A stretch of DNA of 63,385 nt, filler included, from Chrysochromulina tobinii (taxonomy: Eukaryota): the NCBI GenBank assembly GCA_001275005.1. It is 5 parts of 5 records of this genome, joined end to end, with 100 filler letters (N's around TTAATTAATTAA, not from the genome) between each part and the next. Parts side by side here need not be neighbours in the genome. Positions count along the whole stretch, not along the records: positions 59,976 to 63,385 come from JWZX01001312.1; 4 more parts are not named here. The stretch is one strand, 5' to 3'. The translations under genes were made by a program, and so were the position numbers. This document shows, in pieces, positions 59,976 through 63,385 of this stretch (positions are counted from its first letter, which is position 1; each line of letters begins with the position of its first letter). The notes below the pieces were generated by a model, which saw only the letters and a program-made list of their open reading frames with translations, did no database searches and had not been told where the DNA came from.

Positions 59976-60772
59976 TCAGCGCGCCGATCTGCACCCCAGA
60001 GAGCTTGGCGAGATGTGAGATCGAGCCGACCTGGTGGAAGCCGAGCGACGCGAGTGCCTCGAGGGTCGTCTGAGGGGCAGGAGGCGGCACGCGGTTCGCC
60101 GAGGCGGCAACGTGGGCGCAAGGCACCGCGTTGATTGTGGACAGTGATCGATCCGGGTCGTAGGGGATGAGGCCAGACTGGTTTGGAAGGACGAGCGCGT
60201 TGATGTCACAGAAGCGTGCGTCGATGCCCTGCTCGTTCCACAGCTGCTTGACTGAGAGGAGCGAGAACTTGAATTCGGGCACGCAGCGCACGTTGGTGAA
60301 GGTGAGCTGCACGGCGGCGCCCTGCTTGTTGCGCACGATCACGGGAAGGTCACCGATGGCCTCACATCTCGAGATGTTACCGTTCGCCTGCGAGTAAATC
60401 TCATCGCAGGGGCGACGGTTGGCGAGCAGGTGAAGGTGCGGCGTGTTGCTGCCGGTACAGCCGGAATCGGGGTGGAGCTTGAGAATGCCTATTGGTGACA
60501 CCTGATGCTCGCTGGTGGCGCCGGCCACGAGGGCCTCCAGGGCAGCTGGATCCTTTAGTCTAAGGGCCTCATCTACGGCGGAGCCCTGCGGCACCCATCT
60601 GCCATAGTATGGCAGCTCGATGCGCGTGACGTTTGTCCCTCGAAAGACGGCTACGGCGCTGTGGTAGTCAGAGGCGGCCGGGCCGATGAAAATAGCCGAG
60701 GCGAGAAGGGCCGTGGCGACGAAGATGGGTGCCATGCGCCGGAGGCGCGTAAAGGCGGACGCCGCGGACCAC
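59976..60772 (-). mobile_element. Ty1/copia-like pol fragment (protease/beta-barrel domain), truncated by contig end
   Basis: PDSGCTGS..ANG....CEAIGDL..LTFTNVRCVPEFKFSLLSVKQL is typical of the copia protease region. Confidence 0.7.
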
Positions 60773-62358
60773 GTGGGGATAAGTGTTGTTTTTTAACGAA
60801 AGTGGTGTTGTTTTTTAACATACGCATTCTAATGCATTAATGCATTTTGATGTATTTTCATCATTTTCATTGCATTTCATCAAAATGCATTCTTCACCGG
60901 CTGCATGGTACTGCATATAAATGCATTTATATGCATTCATGTATGATGCATTCTGATATTGATGCATTTTCTTACATTCATACGCATTTTCAATGCTGCA
61001 TTTGGTACAAGGTGCATTCATGTGCATTTAAATGCATCCTATTATGGTGCATTTTCTTAGCTTGTTGCATTCTCGTGCATTCATTGCACAAGATGCATTC
61101 ATGTGCATTCTTTGTATGTTGCATTCTATACATGCCGCATCTTAACGCATTCCAATACATTCTTAGCTTGGTGCATTTTGATTTTTGAATGTGCTGCATT
61201 CTACCTGTGATGCATTCAGTTGCATTATTATGTATTCCGGTGCACTTAGGAGGATTTAACAGGGCAAGTACAAGCTCGTGTGCGACAAGAACGGCGAGGG
61301 CTGGGCGTACCTGTGGGCCTGGGCGGCGACGAGCAACGCCACGAGCCTGACCATCGACGACCTCGACGGAGCGAAGGAGCTCGAAGAGGAGGACGAGGAC
61401 GAGGATGAGGGCCTGGATGATCAGCTGCTCGATGACCTCGACGCGGTCATAGTCTCTGGCGGCAAGACCGTGGACGAGATCAAGGCGATGCACGTCCTCG
61501 AGAAGAAGAAGCACGCCGAGGTGTGCAACAAGAACCGCTCCATCTCGGCGCAATCCGTCAACGAGCTGGCGACGAAGATGGGCTGCCCGTCCGACTACAC
61601 CACGAAGCTGTCCAAGCTGGGCTGGATCTTTCTGCAGCTGCAGGCATGAGAATGCATGCAAATGCATACATATGCATACGAATGCATACGAATGCATACG
61701 AATGCAAACGGATACATATGAATGCAGACGAATGCATACACGAGTGAGCATACACAAGTGAATGCATCTGCGTACACTAGTGAATGCGTGTGTGAATGAA
61801 TGCATCTGAATGCACTTGAATGCGTAAGAATGCGAGTGCGTCAGAATGCAACGTGTCGACAGAATGCACCTTATGTGGGGAGGCATTTGAATACATTTGA
61901 ATGCAACTCATGTAGAATGCAACGCACTGCAAATGCACAATAATACATATGAATGCACCGTAATCGGAATGCACTAAGATGCAGCTATTAAGACTTTATT
62001 AAGACTGCATCGAAATGCGTTACAATGCGTCACGCCACGTATGCATCACGTGGCGAATGCATCAACATGAAGCGGACCTTCTGGATGCATGAAAATGCAT
62101 GAAAATGTAACATGTCGATGTCATGCAGCAGGTATGAAAATGCATCAGAATGCAACCGTCTCGCATCGGAAGAATGCAGCAGCTCAAAGTGGTTGCAAAA
62201 TGCGTTCGAATGCAACTGATTTGTAGAATGCAGCGCGTCTGAATGCATGCAAAAAACAATGAAATGCATATGAATGCACTCGCATGCATACGAATGCACA
62301 TGAATGCGTATGGGAAAAAACAACACCACTTTCGGGGAAAAACAACACTCATCCCGAG
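60773..62358. mobile_element. Non-autonomous foldback-type DNA transposon with 54-bp TIRs, long TGCATT/AATGCA subterminal arrays and a captured coding fragment (61263-61649)
   Basis: TIRs 60776-60829 and 62302-62355 (GGGATRAGTGTTGTTTTT..GAAAGTGGTGTTGTTTTTT..CATACGCATTC). GACCAC direct repeat flanks both ends (60767-60772, 62359-62364). Left arm is rich in GCATT, right arm in AATGC. Confidence 0.8.
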
Positions 62359-63385
62359 GACCACTCAAGCGTTTCAGCAAGGCCGTCTGGGGATGCGACG
62401 CAGTTGTTAACCTCCCTACTCCTGCCGGGGCAACCAAGCTATCACCTACGGGGGGCAGCGATCGGGATGAACTTGTCTTGAAGACATGTCTTGAAGACAT
62501 GTTCATCCCGATCGCTGCAGAACGACGCGCACGAGATTCCCGGGACACACGAGCTCGCTTATGCGCGTTGTCCACCATATGGCTAGTGGCGCCGCTGTCG
62601 ATGAGCATCTCTGCGACTCCATCGTGGTGACCGTGCATCGGGGTCATCAAGCCAGACGCGATCCTGTTGCCAAGGAAGGCAAATTCCGCTGGCATGTGGG
62701 AGGTGTTGATATACGATAGAAGGTGAAGCACGGCTCCGCCTCGAGGTGCTGGTTGAGCAGGGAACCTGCCACGGCACCGATGGCGGCGGCGGTGGCTATC
62801 GACGTCGGGCCCAGGTGACGAGATCCTGGTGTTTGATGTGAAAGGCAGATGCGGGCTCGTCGCACTCGCGCTGGATGACTAACCAGGCAACTCGGCCATT
62901 AGATCTGTCTTGGGGATTGACAGCTAAGGGTCCAGCCTCGGCTCGGATCACAGCCTTGAGCGAGTCGTCGTCCATATGTTGTAGAAGCGCCGAGTAGCTT
63001 TCCCGTCGGCGTTGGGTGCGGCGACGAGTTTGGACAGCAGACAAACCGGCCTGGGGGGCATGCCCCAAGTAGCAGTCAGCCCAGCTTGCGTCTTCATCAC
63101 CCTTTCCTGCCGCAGCATCGAGGTACTCTTTCGCCCACTGAGTAAATTGGGATCCCCTCTGACCAGCGAACTTGGCTGCGATGAGGCGGGGTTGCGTCGT
63201 TGCGACTCTGTAGAACTCATTGGGCAACGTCGTAAAGTATCCTCGGTAGAGGCTCCACTTGTTGCGAGAGTTCGAAAGTAGCTCCTCAGATCCCCCACAG
63301 TAGAGTAGCCTAACGTTAAGGACCAAACACTGTTGAAGTGTTTAACACTAACAACATAACAACAATAGGAACCATTAACAACAAC
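62359..63385 (-). mobile_element. Degenerate Ty1/copia-like gag-protease region, possibly with LTR 3' end near 63331
   Basis: Gag-like ORF 62796-63326 (FTQWAKEYLD..NGRVAWLVIQRE) and LIDSGATSHM protease motif in another frame. AT-rich sequence ending ...TTCAACA on the minus strand. Confidence 0.55.

Noticed and set aside
60815..62364. Cys/His/Met-rich ORFs suggesting metal-binding proteins
   Set aside because: They are translations of the ATGCA subterminal arrays of the foldback element.
615..63281. Hundreds of long overlapping or antisense ORFs in the six-frame track
   Set aside because: Expected shadows of GC-rich coding sequence. They are Arg/Pro/Ala-rich with no motifs.

Overview
GC-rich eukaryotic DNA with short spliceosomal introns and genes carrying signal plus transit peptides. 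It is most consistent with a haptophyte alga such as a Chrysochromulina-like species (inference). Four 100-bp N44-TTAATTAATTAA-N44 linkers split it into five contigs, so adjacency across them is unsupported. It holds about 22 protein-coding genes or gene fragments: housekeeping and metabolic genes (SDR, AlaX editing protein, esterases, KEA-type K+/H+ antiporter, EF-hand/theta-carbonic anhydrase, Sfi1-like, ankyrin-2OG oxygenases) and several immune-like multidomain genes (a truncated DDX1/SPRY-CCCH-La-EF-hand-HET-like fusion, a TIR-repeat protein, and two WD40 genes built from one-repeat-per-exon cassettes with hypervariable positions). Mobile DNA includes an inverted-repeat-flanked OTU ORF, a foldback TIR element with a captured exon, and copia-like remnants. 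The most striking unexplained signal is a family of 'exon-echo' introns. Each starts with a 14-39 nt copy of the exon that follows it, and most end in a shared 10-nt-periodic CTGATGA...CCTCATCAG module. Some are tandemly amplified, which suggests an active intron-generating mechanism.
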